A stretch of 64,000 nt of DNA, taken from positions 214,336,001-214,400,000 of the forward strand of contig NC_058368.1 of assembly GCF_018350175.1 (NCBI RefSeq). The letters are read 5' to 3'. Under the pieces are notes generated by a model, which ran no database searches, was not told the DNA's origin, and saw only the letters and a program-made list of their open reading frames with translations. Source of the DNA: Felis catus. Its lineage: Eukaryota. A program made the translations under genes and the position numbers. Shown piece after piece: positions 37,663 through 51,479 of this stretch (position 1 is the first letter of the stretch; the number at the start of each line of letters is the position of its first letter).

Positions 37663-37875
37663 AATATTTACTGTATCTTCTGTGTGCCAAGCATTATACT
37701 AAATGCTTTACATATGGTATTATTTTGTCTTCACAATCCCTATGGGAGTTGGATATTATTATCCCATTTTGTAAGAGAGAGCAAAGGCTCAAAAATGTTA
37801 ACTTTCCATAGTCTGACAATTGATAGAGCTCAGTTTCATACATAAGTCTGTCTGATTTTATAATACTCCACTGCA
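37663..37875 (-). mobile_element. MIR SINE
   Basis: TGTGCCAAGCATTATACTAAATGCTTTACAT...ATTATCCCATTTTGTAAG matches the reverse-complemented MIR. Confidence 0.8.
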
Positions 37876-39059
37876 CTACTCTGAGAATTCTGTTCTTCCT
37901 TATTTATATTTGCTTCGTTTTCCTTATAAACTCAGTGGACTAATATTCAACTTTAATTTTAACAAGACAGCCTGCTGCCTGACCTGTAAAAACCTCACCT
38001 TTTCTCTTAGGAGCCATCTTAATTTAAAGAGCTGCCAGTCTAGGAAGGGTCAGTAATCTCCTTCCTGTTGAATTATCATGCCTCATACACTTTGTTTTAT
38101 GGCTTCAGATTAGAGCTAAAGTCCTCCCTTGTTATTCATTGCCTTGTTTCAATAAGGACAGAGTTGGTTAATGTTTTACTGGTAAGATCCCCAGTGGTCA
38201 CATTCCAGCATGTGAGAAAAATTGGATTTATTTATCAATATATAACCAGCTGTGTGGGAGATCTCCACCCCCCCCCCCCCCCCACCATTTTAGTCTTAGT
38301 TGATTTGGGAGGAGTGTAAATAGTGAAAGGAGATACAAATTTTGAGGTTTTGGTTCTTCAAAGAGACGAATCATTCTGGGCCCAGCTTCCCAATCCTGCC
38401 CTTCTTAACCCCAGATTTTAAACTTTTAATTCAGAAGATCATTGATAAAAGCTAAGCCAAAAGCAATGTGAGAGACAAAATTGTTAGCCATGTTAACTGC
38501 TGGGATAGTTATTCTTTGCAGTATTCTACTGACCTTGTAAATTAAAAAACCTACATCGCCTAGATGTAGGGTAGTTTGGAAGCAGCAAAATGAGAATGAT
38601 GATAGCCTAAAACTGCCACGGCTACAACTGTACACACAGTGTTTGGGGCATGACGCTTTAGAGGCTTGCTCAGAAATTACCTTTCTAAACTTTTCTTTGA
38701 AGCTCTTTACAGTCCTGTGTCCCGGAACTTTTCGTGTCCATTCGTTTTCTTCTCCTAGTTTAAAATTTTTACTCAAAATATTTACATAACATTTATTATA
38801 TAGAAAAATTTAATCCTATGAACAAACTACATCAAAAGCAAGAAAATAACCATGGTAAAGTCCTTTGCTATTCTTTTGTATATTTAGACAGTATGCTGCA
38901 TCTCTCTAGTATAATCATTATTTCATTTAGAAAATTTTAAAAAAAGAAAATGATGGAAAGAAAGCCATTTTCTGAATTCAAATTTACCCTTTCAGTTTTA
39001 GAATAATTACAAAGGTATCTGGACAGTTTCACCTTTTTTGTGTCTTCACTGGGTTGTTC

Positions 39060-39989
39060 CGTCAATTAGTTTAGGGCTCGCATAACAAAGTACCATAGAT
39101 TGGGTGGCTTAAACAAAAGAAATTTATTTTTTCACAGGTCTAGAGGCAGAAATCCAAGGTCAAGGTTTTGGCAGGGTTGGTGTATAATGAGCCACTCTCC
39201 TTGGCTTGCAGATGCTCATTCTTTACCCTAGGTCTTCATGTGGTATATCCTCTATGTTTTCTATGTCCCAATCTCCTCTTCTAATAAGGACACCAGTCAT
39301 TGGATTAAGGCCCACCCATATGACCTCATTTTACCTTAATTACCTCTTTAAAGATTCTGTCTTCAAATACTGTCATGTTCTGAGGTATACTTTCTGGTAT
39401 AAGGAAGAAAAAAATTTCCCTTTACCTTGTAGGTTCTTGTCTGAGAACCCCTGACCCCAATCATAAAACAGAGTAGCAGGAGGAAAACAAGTTTAATACC
39501 ATGTATACTTCATATATACATGGATGATGCCCAAGAAAACTGAATAACCCCTGAAATGGCTCAAGGCATCACCTTAAATGCCATCAGCAGCCAAAGACAA
39601 AACATGTTGGGGGTGGGGGTGGGGCCAGTGATGGGAATTTACCAGGAAAACACAATTAACAAGTAACAAAGGAGAGTGGTTATTATGATGCCTTCTTTAT
39701 TGATAAGAATTTCTAGAGATTTAATCTTCCTTCCTTTTCTTCTTGGTACAGAGAGGAAGACAATCTTACAAATGGAAATTTCCCTAATAAATTAAAATGT
39801 AAGTTTCTCATACAAAAAGGATACCTCCTACTTGGATAACTCTTTTGTGTCTACTGTTTCTTAAAAATAATTAGCCCCAAGTAATCAATATACCAAAGAA
39901 GGACATTTGGGATGGCAAATTCTTTGTTCCTTCAAGGAGTTAGGACTTTGCCATGTGATTTTCAGAGGGACACAATTCAGTTCATAATC
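39060..39989 (-). mobile_element. MLT1B-like MaLR LTR, interrupted
   Basis: CATAACAAAGTACCATAGATTGGGTGGCTTAAAC...TAAGGACACCAGTCATTGGATTAAGGCCCACC. Resumes at 39935 (GTTAGGACTT...GGGACACAATTCAG). Confidence 0.8.
39398..39934 (-). mobile_element. MER34-like ERV1 LTR nested in MLT1B
   Basis: The reverse complement starts TGAAGGAACAAAGAATTTGCCATCCCAAA...CTTTGGTATATTGATTA, like MER34A-family LTRs. Confidence 0.7.
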
Positions 39990-40845
39990 TCTATGTAATC
40001 TATTCACAAGCTGGCAAGCAGAGTAATCTTTGCTGAACACAAGTCAGACTGAGTCACTTCTCATCTCACAGTTGCCTTCTTGCACATTCCCATCAGGTGC
40101 CTGGCATGGAGGAAGCACTCAGTTCATATTTCTTGAATGAATGTTTTAAGTGTGCTTTTAAAATTTCAAATTAACACCTGTTTAATAAAAAGAGTGCTCT
40201 GTCCACTCTTTCCAAAAAGTGTAGGTAATAACCATGTGTTTTGGTGTTTGAGGCTTTTGGTTTACTTTGCTCCAAGTGTATTCTGTATGTTTAATGCATC
40301 CTAAAGAGAATTTGAAAGGCACAGAAAGGCCAAAGATAAAAGATTTCATGACTATGTCCTTTAGTCCCGTACAAGTTATCTTACCTATTGTGGGCAGCAC
40401 ATTTCTCAAAACCACATGTAATTGATGCAATGTTTAATTCTAAATATCCATACAAAGTAGAGCAGGCCTTCTATTTGATGTAATTCTCTTGATATCAGAG
40501 GAAATGTGCATCAAACTTTCTATTCATAAAGTATAACTTAGTGCTTTTAACAGCAGGCTGGGTAATTAGTTGGGCAATTAAAGGACTGTAAATTATAATT
40601 TTAACTCAGATAGACATCCTCTCTAACACCTTGGGAAGTCCATTTACCATTACTTTCTCTATTTTCCCATGTATAAAATAAATCTAAATATAGATGCTTC
40701 ATAAACTTGCTGATGAACTAAAGAAAGATGGGTTTAGAAATGGAAGAGGTTTTGCAAGGTTATCAGAGTAGGTCTCCAGCTTCCATGCACATTGATTTTG
40801 TAAGGATAGAAAGTTACCTTCTCTGTTTTATTCCTGAAAATTAAA

Positions 40846-40876
<31 letters not shown>

Positions 40877-41696
40877 GCATATATGTGTATTTATACATAT
40901 ATATATGATGTGTTTTAATGTTATTTTTATAGAATTTTATGTGAAAAACATTACAAAGTGATTTCCAAGTATTATAAGTGTGCATCATATGGAAAGCTAA
41001 ATACTAGCTAATGTCTACTACAGAGGTGAATATATTTATTAGCTGCAGCTTGGATGCATCTTAAATTTCAAGGTCATTAATGAGTTTAAAGTAAGGTAAT
41101 CCACTTTCATTAAAGATGTTAGTACTTGCAGATCCTGATTCATGGCTCCTCTCCACAGATCCCATTCCAGATTTGGAACTGAATTTTGATATTCCTTTCC
41201 CTTTCTGAAATCATACTCTCTTGAAAGTGCTGGCTTGTATTTTTTTTTTTTTCTTATCTTGCTGCCTCTCTTTTTCTCTCTCTCATTAATACATACTGTG
41301 TTACTACCAAAGCCTTCAATCAAACCCTTTATACGTTTTTACAGTTCTGCATTTCTGTTATCCCAAAGGTATTTTATTCCTATAATATTTACTACTGGGC
41401 CACATTTATTCATATTATCATTTTTGGAGAAAAAACACACATATCCTTTCTTTATACATGCAGTTTTCTACTACACTGTTCCCTTGGGACACTGATGTAG
41501 TTGAAGTTCATAATACTTGAGAGGTACTACATTTTAGAGCAGTTTCACCTGGGTGGCCTACTGGAGTGGTTCCCAGTTTGGGCATAGGAGGTGGAAGTTT
41601 ACCAATTTCATTGCCTAATAAGGTCACATGGCAAAGAAAAAAAATCATTCTGATGCTTATTAAATTCTTGACACCTATTCAATTATCTCCATTGGT

Positions 41697-42080
41697 GTTA
41701 AGACTATTGCAGTAGAGGAGAGAGAGATGAAACTCAACTAAAAATACAAGAACAAGTGGGGTTATTTAGCTAAAAGGTGGTGGGTGTGGGGGTTGGTGGA
41801 TGGAAAATTATCAAGAGGATACATCAAGGGTAGGGAGAATTCTTGCTAAAGTGACCTAACAGTTGCTGAAGGCAGCCCAGGGTGATGACATAGCAGGTGT
41901 GAGATGGTAGATGATGAGGAATTTGATAGATATCAAGAGTGATCAGATAGGGGGCATGAGGGACTCTCTTTAAACTGGCTTAAAAGGATGCTTGCTAAAA
42001 CTGGGCTGTGCAGGCCCAGCCAAGGCCAATGTCAGGGCCTAGTCATGAAGAGGGCTCAGAGGAACCCAACTAACTTTTGG
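41697..42080 (-). mobile_element. MER31-like ERV1 LTR
   Basis: GGCCTAGTCATGAAGAGGGCTCAGAGGAACCCAACTAACTTTTGG and ATTCTTGCTAAA motifs match the reverse complement of MER31. Confidence 0.7.
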
Positions 42081-42271
42081 AATGTTAATGTTGTGGGTTT
42101 GGATCAAAAGCATGGGAAAAGTAGGCCTATCCTGCAAATTTCAAAACAGCTCTTCAAAAGATCTTGATGCTGATAGATGCCCTGGTTTGAGAAAAACTGG
42201 CCTAAAATGTCTTCGTTAATCTGGCCCCTCACCAAAATCTCAGATGTTTTTGACTACGTAAATGTTTTCTA

Positions 42272-42446
42272 CATTGGTTGTCAACCCTAGCTACATATAG
42301 GAAACATCTAGAGAACTCTTTCAAACTACAGGTGTCAGGGCACCCCTCACCTCCATAGACTAAGTCTTTAGAAACTGGCTTTAGTCATTAGTGTTTTTTA
42401 AATCTCCCTAGGAAATCTGAGGTGCACTCAGGGTTGGGTACCATGT
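42272..42446. mobile_element. MER5-like hAT-Charlie MITE
   Basis: CATTGGTTGTCAACCCTAG...TTTTTTAAATCTCCCTAGG...AGGGTTGGGTACCATG, with degenerate TIRs. Confidence 0.55.
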
Positions 42447-42779
42447 CTCTAATTTAATACTATATATTCAAGAAAAAAATAATCAGCAATGCCCCTTCTA
42501 TAGAAAATGATTTCTATAGTTAAATTTTGCAAATTATTAACATTTTCTTCTTTCAGCTAAACAGTCACAATTCTCCTATATTTTTCTCAAAGGAAAATTC
42601 TTTTCCTCATGTTTTTGCCATTCATCTATAGACTGATAAGAACTTCATCACATCCTTCTTAGTCTGGATTTTCTACATCAACAAAATCCTGACTTATTTC
42701 TGATACAGTAAAAATATTTCCTGGTTCTTGCATGACTTACTCAAATAAATATGTTACTGAAGTTCAGATTACTGTTTTT

Positions 42780-42808
42780 AAAAAAATTTTAATGTTTATT
42801 TTATTATT

Positions 42809-42862
<54 letters not shown>

Positions 42863-43037
42863 TGCACGAGCGAGTTGGGGAGGGGCAGAGAGAGAGAGGG
42901 AGACACAGAATCCAAAGCAGGCTCCAGACTCCGAGCTCTCAGCCCAGAGTCCAATGTGGGGCTTGAACTCACAAACTGTAAGATCATGACTTGAGCTGAA
43001 GTTGGACACTTAACAGACTGAACCACCCAGGCGCCCC
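42780..43037 (-). mobile_element. SINEC
   Basis: TSD TCAGATTACTGTTTTT 42764-42779 / TCAGATTACTATTTTT 43038-43053. Confidence 0.95.
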
Positions 43038-43816
43038 TCAGATTACTATTTTTAAGTCACCCTTGTATCAGATTGTCTTTTTTTTTTTCAAAGGAATTAT
43101 ATGAGTAAGGGTTAGAGGAGCAGTAAGGTATTTAGGAGATAAGGGTTTGGGGTAATCTGCGATTGTTGGGTGGGGCAGAAATTTAGTAAACTACAGAATA
43201 TTATGTAGTCTACTCTGAAGAAACTGTCAACCTGGCACTGAGTTACCAATGATTATCCTTGGTCAGAACAAGGATAAGAGCTATCCTTTTATTCTCGTGA
43301 ATACTTGACACCATCAGTGAGTCACCGTCTCAGGGAATTTTATGGCTTTTCACGGATCCTTTCTTTTTCCTTTTTTCTGTAAACAGTTATGAAATAAATT
43401 GTTATTAATAAATTATATTTCCATAACATCGTTCATCTGCCAGAGCTCCCAGGGGACAGTACATACAGAAATAAAAACATAAACAAAATTACTTCTTATA
43501 CCTCTTAACTCTGTCTGCTGTCTGAAGCAATCATTGTTAATCTCAAGAATTTCACGAGTATTTTGAGTTAAGTTCTATAAAATCATCCAATCTTGGTGGA
43601 TGGCAGCCTGTTAGGATGAAATATTTGCAAGATGAAGGGCTTTAAACTTTAAAAACAACTAAAAGATGTATAAAATCTGACTTTTTGGACAGAAAGAGCC
43701 TTGAAGAAAGTTTAAAAAGTTGTAAATGTTATATATTCGAGGCAAGCGTTTACAAATGTCTAGCCATATCTTAAACCAGAAGAACCTTTAGTCACTTTGA
43801 AATTTAGAGTGTTTTT

Positions 43817-44359
43817 GTGCTGTTCTGAAGGGGTACATGCACCCCAATGTTTATGGCAGCACTATCGACAATAGCCAAAGTATCAAAAGAGCCCAAATGT
43901 CCATCGACAGATGAATAGATAAAGAAGATGTGGTATATCTAGACAATGGAGTGTTACTTGGCAATGAAAAAGTATGAAATCTTGCCATTTGCAACAATGT
44001 GGATGGAACTAGAGGGTATTATGCTAAGCTAAATTAGTCAGAGAGAGACAAATATATGATTTCACTCATATGAGGAATTTAAGATATGAAATAGGTGAAC
44101 ATAAGGGAGGGGAAGCAAAAATAATATAAAAACAAGGAGGGGGACAAAGCATAAGAGACTCTTAAATACAGAGAACAAACTGAGGGTTGCTGAGGGGTTG
44201 TGGGTGGGAGGATGGGCTAAATGATTAAGGGGCATTAAGGAAGACACTTGTTGGGATGAGCATTGGGTGTTATACACAGGGGATGAATCACGGGAATCTA
44301 CTCCTGCAATCATTATTGCACTATATGCTAACTAACTTGAATGTAAATTAAAAATAAAA
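43817..44359 (+). mobile_element. Carnivore L1 3' fragment
   Basis: ORF2 end plus 3'UTR. Perfect 17-bp TSD AAATTTAGAGTGTTTTT at 43800-43816 and 44360-44376. Confidence 0.95.
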
Positions 44360-47300
44360 AAATTTAGAGTGTTTTTAAAGTCTAGATTAGGATCTTAGTC
44401 AAAGAATATGATTAAGTATAAGTTTTTGGTACAGTTTTAATAGCTATTATGAAAATGGGTAGGTTTTGTGCCTACAGCAGTTATCTTTTAAATTTGTCTT
44501 AATGCTCAGTGCAAACACCAAAGAATGGGTAATCAGTTGAAAACAAAATATATAGCATAAGCAACAAAGTATCATGTGTGAAGGTATCACAAGCATATGG
44601 GATTGTTTCAAAGGCAAATACTTAATGAATGTGTAAAGGATGATAAACTTCTTATAGAGTACAATCGAACTCTTAGAATCCTGTAAACATAAAGTATGTT
44701 TTTTTTTCCTCTTAGACCTCACTACATTTAAAATAAGTTCCATTTTCTTTTTTGCTTATATGTGATAAGCTGTCATGTCTGCACTACTTATAGTATAAAC
44801 AAGAATCATTGTCTGAGGTCAGGCACTTTATATAGATTTTTTAGGATTAACTCTTCTCTCTGGAGGTTACCTAAAGTTTAGACATTTTCCTGATTCTGGT
44901 CACTTTGGGAATTAGGGTGTAGTTCATGGTAACTGAGCTCTCTGAGGTCACTTGTTAGAGCTAATACCTTTTAAAAATCAATAATTAGGACCACAACTTG
45001 TCTGAAACCAGTTGATGATATGTAAGTCTATTTGTTTTCAGAGAATCCTGCACACTGATCTGGTTCTTGAAATCAGTGGGGCAATGATGAAGTGGTTAAT
45101 CATTTGTTCTCTAGCCTTACACATATCTGAACTTGTCATTAATCATCAGTGACTGTGGGTGTGCTTGCTTTTTTTTTTTTGACTGTTGAGTTATAAAAAA
45201 AATATATACCTGGTGAATAATGATTAACAGAAAGTGTATGGAGAAATATCAGTGCTGTCAGTTCATTGTTTTGTGCTTAACTTTTGCCAGTATTCATTAC
45301 AACAGAAGAATATTTGAATGACTTCATGTCAACACTATGACAAGCAGTTCAATCCTTCAGAAATATTCATAAAATACTTTGAAGCCATGAAAATTTTCAC
45401 TGTGGCATATAATGATAAATCATCTCTCTATATTGCTCTTTGTGTATATGCCTAGATTCAGACTTGGAAGATTATGTCCCTCCAGAACTGAAGTATATTT
45501 TATGTGTGGGTTATTTCAGGGTCCTGGTTAATTTTCTCCCTGATTGTATATTTCCACACAGTTTAAAAATTACTTAGATTCTATCTCTAAGCCTAACTAT
45601 ATTATTTCAAATTTAGACATATCTTAGTTACATTTCAGGGAAATTTTTAGACCTGAAAGGGGTAAATTCTCCTTATACTTCCTGGCACTAGACACTAAAC
45701 CTTCTGGGGTTTGCTCAGGCCTTGAGGCCAAACATTACCCACATGGTAGTCTCAGTAGGCAGAGTTGCTCAATAACCTTTTGGTTCAGTGCATCTGACGT
45801 TTATCCCTTTCTATCAATTTTATCATAACTTGATTATTTTAGTTGTTAGAATGTGAGGCACACAAGCTATGACTCTTGGCAGTTACTATTCTGCTCTGTT
45901 CAGTTATCCACTTCTAGCATCCACTTTGGCTAATCAGTGGGAAAATACATGAACAAAATTCCACATTGGTCAGATCTGGCTCTCATAAGTAAAGCAATAG
46001 CTATGTGTGAGTTTATGAGTACGTATTCCTAATCACTGAGAATCTTGGACAAGTTTCTTTGACAAACGTAATCTTTCCTTTTGTCATATATTTGCTTCTT
46101 GAATCTTCAGTGCCTTACTAATTCCCTTATTTTTGAGTGCACAGTGTTTAATCCCTGATGGCTCCACCTCTGCTAAATCCCACAATCTCATAGATGTTTA
46201 CCAGAAACACAGCATTCCTTTTCAGATAGAGAAATCAGAATTCAGAGAATTGACTTGACTTTAATGATTTGCTATAGCGGTATTTCAGGCATTTGGCCCA
46301 TGATTCACTTTTTTTTTTTTTTTTATGATTCACCATTTAAACCTTGTCTGATATGTAGGAGACACGCAATAAATATTTCTTAAATGAATGATTGAACAGT
46401 GAATTAATCTTTAATGATGCTAACCTACCTCATACCTTATCATGCACCTTCATTTGCTGGTTAAACATTTCAGGGTTTTTCGTTTTTTGTTTTTTTGTTT
46501 TTTGTTTGTTTTTTTACTGTGATACAGTCTTAAATTCAAACTCCTTATCTTGTCAGTCAAATTTTAAAATAATTTACATCATACATATTTTCCATCTTAC
46601 TTTGCATTGTGTCCTAGTAAGAGAGAAAATTAAAAAAAAATCATTAATGCTTATACTAAGTCATATACTTACTATATGTGAATAACATGCATGTCGTACC
46701 TTCTCTTTTTTTGTAATGATGGCTTAGGTATTTGAACATCATATATTAAGTATTTGAATATTGTCTCTTTTCTTGGACTACAACATTTAATGTTGAGAGC
46801 CAAGTGGATGAGATTTTCTTTCTCACTGATTTTCCTATTCATTCATTTTTAGTCATATTAACCATAAAATCATTATGACAATATAGTGAATATATCTATG
46901 GATTGATTTCTTTTTTAGTTAAATTTCTTTGTTGAAAACTGCTGGCTGAAAAACTTTTAGAATTATTTTCCCTGTATTTTTTCCCTATAATTTATAGTTG
47001 TTTAAATGGAAAGAAAAAGTGAAATGAATACAACTTTAAATAAAATATCACCATATAAGATGAATACACAATGTGACATGTTATGATGAAATTAATTAGT
47101 AAAGAAAAGCCAAATCTAGGAAATCTAGGAAGCAGGACATATATATGAAATTATAGTACATATTAAATGCAAACAATTCCCACCTATTTTTGTTAGAGGA
47201 TTTAAAAAAAGATAAAGATAATTATATTTTGAAAATGATGAAAACAATAGGAATTTGTGATATACAAAATATTTTTCCCCTAGATTTTGTATATACTTAG

Positions 47301-47526
47301 TATGAGCAATTGTTGAAACAATTAATGAGAAGAGTGGGAAAATAGATCTACACTTGATATTAATAAGACCTTTGCCTTAACTTCTCTAGCTATATATTCT
47401 GATGCTTCTCAGTGTTGAAACATGTTTAAATATCTTTCTCTTCACAGATAAAATAAAACACTAAACCAAATCAAATGAAAACACCTGTCTCAATCAATTT
47501 CTCACCTAGCTTCCAGCTTTTCCAAT

Positions 47527-50500
47527 TTTTTAATTTATTTTTTTAATCTAATTTGTTGTCAAATTGGCTCACATTCAGTGTGTACAGTGTGCTCTTGGTT
47601 TTGGGGGTAGGTTCCCATGATTCATTGCTTATATACAACACCCAGTGCTCATTCCAACGAGTGCCCTCCTCAATGCCCATCACTCAATTCTCCCTCTCCC
47701 CCACATCCCCATCCACTCTCAGTTTGTTCTCTGTATTTAGGAGTCTCTTATGGTTTGCCTCCCTCCCTCTCTGTAACTATTTTTTCCCTTCTCTTCCCCT
47801 ATGGTCTTCTGTTAAGTTTCTCAAGTTCCACATGTGAGCAAAAACATGTGATATCTGTCTTTCTCTGACTGACTTATTTCACTTAGCATAATGCCCTCTA
47901 GTTCTATCGACATTGCTGCAAATGGTATGATTTCATTCTTTCTCATTGCCAAGTAGTATTCCATTGTATATATAAACCACATCTTCTTTATCCATTCATC
48001 AGTTGATGGACATTTAGGCTCTTTCCATGATTTGGCTATTGTTGAAAGTGCTGCTATAAACATTGGGGTACATGTGCCCCTATGAATCAACCCTTCTGTA
48101 TCCTTTGGATAAATTCCTAGTAGTGCTATTGCTGGATCACAGGGAAGTTTTATTTTTAATTTTTTGAGGAACCACCACAGTGTTTTCCAGAGCAGCTACA
48201 CCAGTTTGCATTCCCACCAACACTGCAAGAGGGTTCCTGTTTCTCCACATCTGTGCCAGCATCTGTTGTTTCCTGAGTTGTTAATTTTAGCCACTCTGAT
48301 CAGTGTGAGGTGGTATCTCAGTGTGGTTTTGATTTACATTTCCCTGATGATGAGTGACGTTGAGCATCTTTTCATGTGTCTATTGGCCATCTGGATGTCT
48401 TCTTTGGAAAAGTGTCTATTCATGTCTTCTGCCCATTTCTTCACTGGATTATTTATTTTTCAGGTGTTGGGCTTGGTAAGTTCTTTTTTTTTTTATGTTT
48501 ATTTATTTTTGATAGAGAGACAGAGCATAAGTGGGGGAGGGGCAGAGAGAGAAGGAGACACAGAATCCGAAGCAGGCTTCAGGCGCCAAGCTGTCAGCAC
48601 AGAACCTGACGCGGGGCTTGAACTCACAAACTGCGAGATCATGACCTGAGCAAAGTTGGATTCTTAACTGACCGAGCCACCCAGGTGCCCTGGTTAGTTC
48701 TTTGTAGATTTTTGATACTAACCCTTTATCCAATGTGTCATTTGCAAATATCTTTTCCCATTCTGTTGGTTGCCCTTTAGTTTTGTTGACTGTTTCCTTT
48801 GCAGTGCAGAAGCTTTTTATCTTGATGAGGTCCCAATAGTTCATTTTTGCTTTTAATTCCCTTGCCTTTGGAGACACATCGAGCAAGAAGTTGCTGTGGC
48901 TGAGGTCAAAGAGGTTGTTGCCTGTTTTCTCCTCTAGAGTTTTGATGGTTTCCTGTCTCACATTTAGGTCTTTCATCCATTTTGACTTTATTTTTGTGTA
49001 TGGTGTAAGAAAGTGGTCTAGTTTCATTCTTCTGCATGTTGCTGTCCAATTCTCCCAGCACCATTTGCTAAAGAGACTTTTTTCCATTGGATACTCTTTC
49101 CTGTTTGTCAAAGATTAGTTGGCCATACATTTGTGGGTCCAATTCTGGGTTCTGTATTCTATTCCATTAGTCTCTATGTCTGTTTTTGTGCCAATATCAT
49201 ACTGTCTTGATGATTACAGCTTTGTAGTAGAGGCTAAAGTCTGGGATTGTGATGCCTTTTGCTTTGGTTCAACATTACTTTGGCTATTCAGGGTCTAGAA
49301 TGCGGTAATTGCAGGGGACTTTAATACTCCACTTACAACAATGGACAGATCATCTAGGCAGAAAATCATTAAAGAAACAATGGCCCTGAATGATACACTG
49401 GACCAGATGGACTTGACAGATATATTCAGAACGTTTCATCTAAAAGCAGCAGAATACACATTCTTCTCAAGTGTACTTGGAACATTCTCCATTTAGATCA
49501 TATACTGGGTCACAAAACAGCCCTCAATAAATATAAAAGAATTGAGATCATACCATGCACATTTTCAGATCACAATGCTATGAAACTTGAAATCATCCAT
49601 AGGAAAAAGTTTAGAAAACCTCCAAATGCATGGAAGTTAAAGAACATCCTACTAAAGAATGAATGGGTCCACCAGGCAATTAAAGAAGAAATTTAAAAAT
49701 ATATGGAAACAAATGAAAATGAAAACACGACAGTCCAAACCCTTTGGGATGCAACAAAGGCAATCCTAAGAGGAAAATACGTTGCAATCCAGGTCTATCT
49801 CAAGAAAAAATAAAAATCCCAAATATAATATCTAACAGTACACCTAAAGGAACTAGAAGCAGAGCACCAAAGAAACTACAAGGCCAGCAGAAGAGGAGAA
49901 ATAAAATAAAGATTAGAGCATAAATAAACAATATAGAATCCAAAAAAATAGTAGAACAGATCAATGAAACTACGAGCTGGTTTTTTGAAAAAATAAACAA
50001 AATTGATAGACCCCCTAGCCAGACTTCTCAAAAAGAAAGGAGAGGAGCCAAATAGATAAAATCATGAATGAAATTGGACTTATCACAAGCAACCCATCAG
50101 AAATACAAACAATTATCAGAGAATACTATGGAAAATTATATACCAATGAACTGGACAACCTGGAAGAAACAGACAAATTCCTAGACCTCACATGTTACCA
50201 AAACTAAAATGAGAAGAAATAGAAAATTTGAACAGACCTGTAACTAGTGAAGAAATTCAATCAGTTATCAAAAATCTCCCAACAAATATGAGTCTTGGGC
50301 CAGATGGATTCCCAGGGGAATTTTACCAGACATTTAAAACAATTAATACCTATGCTTGTCAAGCTGTTTCAAAAAATAGAAATGGAAGGAAAGTTTCCAG
50401 ACTCATTCTATGAAGCCAGCACTACCTTGATTCCTAAACCAGACAGAGACCCCACAAAAAAGGAGAATTATGGGCCAATATCCCTGATGAACATAAATGC

Positions 50501-51432
50501 AAAAATTCTCAGCAAGATACTAGCAAATCGAATTCAATAGCATATAAAAGAATTATTCACCGTGATCAAGTGGGATTCATTCCTGGGCCACAGGTCTGGT
50601 TCAATATTCAGAAATCAATAAATGTGATACATCACATCAATAGAAGAAAGGATAAGAACCACATGATCCTGTCAACAGATGCAGAAAAAGCATTTGACAA
50701 AATACATCATCGTTTCTTAATAAAAACCTTCAAGAAAGTCAGGATAGAAGGAACATACCTAAACATCGTAAAAGCCAGATATGAAAAACCCACAGCTAAT
50801 ATCATCCTCAATGGGGAAAAACTGTGAGCTTTCCCCCTGAGATCAGGAACACAACAGGGATGTCCACTCTCACTGCTGTTGTTTAACATAGCGTTGGAAG
50901 TCCTAGCCTCAGTAATCAGACAACAAAATGAAATAAAAGGCATCAAAATTGACAAGGAAGAAGTCAGACTTTCACTTTTCGCACATGACATGATACTCTA
51001 CTTGGAAAGCCTGAAAGACTCCATCAGAAAACCGCTAGAACTGATATATGAATTCAGCAAATTCACAGGATACAAAATCAATGTACAGAAATCAGTTGCA
51101 CTTTTATACCCAATAATGAAGCAACAGAAAGAGAAATCAAGAAATCGATCCCTTTTACAATTGCACCAAGAACTATAAAATACCTAGGAATAAACCTAGC
51201 CGAAGATGTAAAAGATCTGTATGCTGAAAACTATAGAAAACTTATGAAGGAAATTGAAGAAGACACAAAGAAATGGAAAAACATTCCATGATCATGGATT
51301 GGAAAAATAAATATTATTAAAATGTTAATACTACCCAAAGCAATCTACACATTCAATGCAATTCCAATCAAAATTGCACCAGCATTCTTCTCAAAGCTAA
51401 AACAAAAAATCCTAAAATTTGTATGGAACCAC
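47527..51432 (-). mobile_element. Feline L1 (~3.7 kb without the nested SINE) with a 2.1-kb 5' inversion; decayed ORF2
   Basis: Minus-strand 3' part at 47527-49296 and plus-strand inverted ORF2 part at 49297-51432 ([23 protein letters not shown] motif FADD changed to FAHD). TSD CTTTTCCAA(A)TTT at 47517 and 51433. Confidence 0.95.
48487..48690 (-). mobile_element. SINEC nested in L1
   Basis: TSD TGGTAAGTTCTTT 48474-48486 / TGGTTAGTTCTTT 48691-48703. Confidence 0.95.
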
Positions 51433-51479
51433 CTTTTCCAAATTTATACTCAGATCCAAACTTCTCACAAGTCTTGTCT

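Noticed and set aside
38268..38283. C16 run (and G13 at 63756-63768) as functional G-quadruplexes
   Set aside because: These are simple homopolymers whose length is error-prone, with no other evidence of function.
38550..38570. Hairpin CCTACATC-GCCTA-GATGTAGG
   Set aside because: The 8-bp stem is too short for a pre-miRNA or other defined RNA structure.
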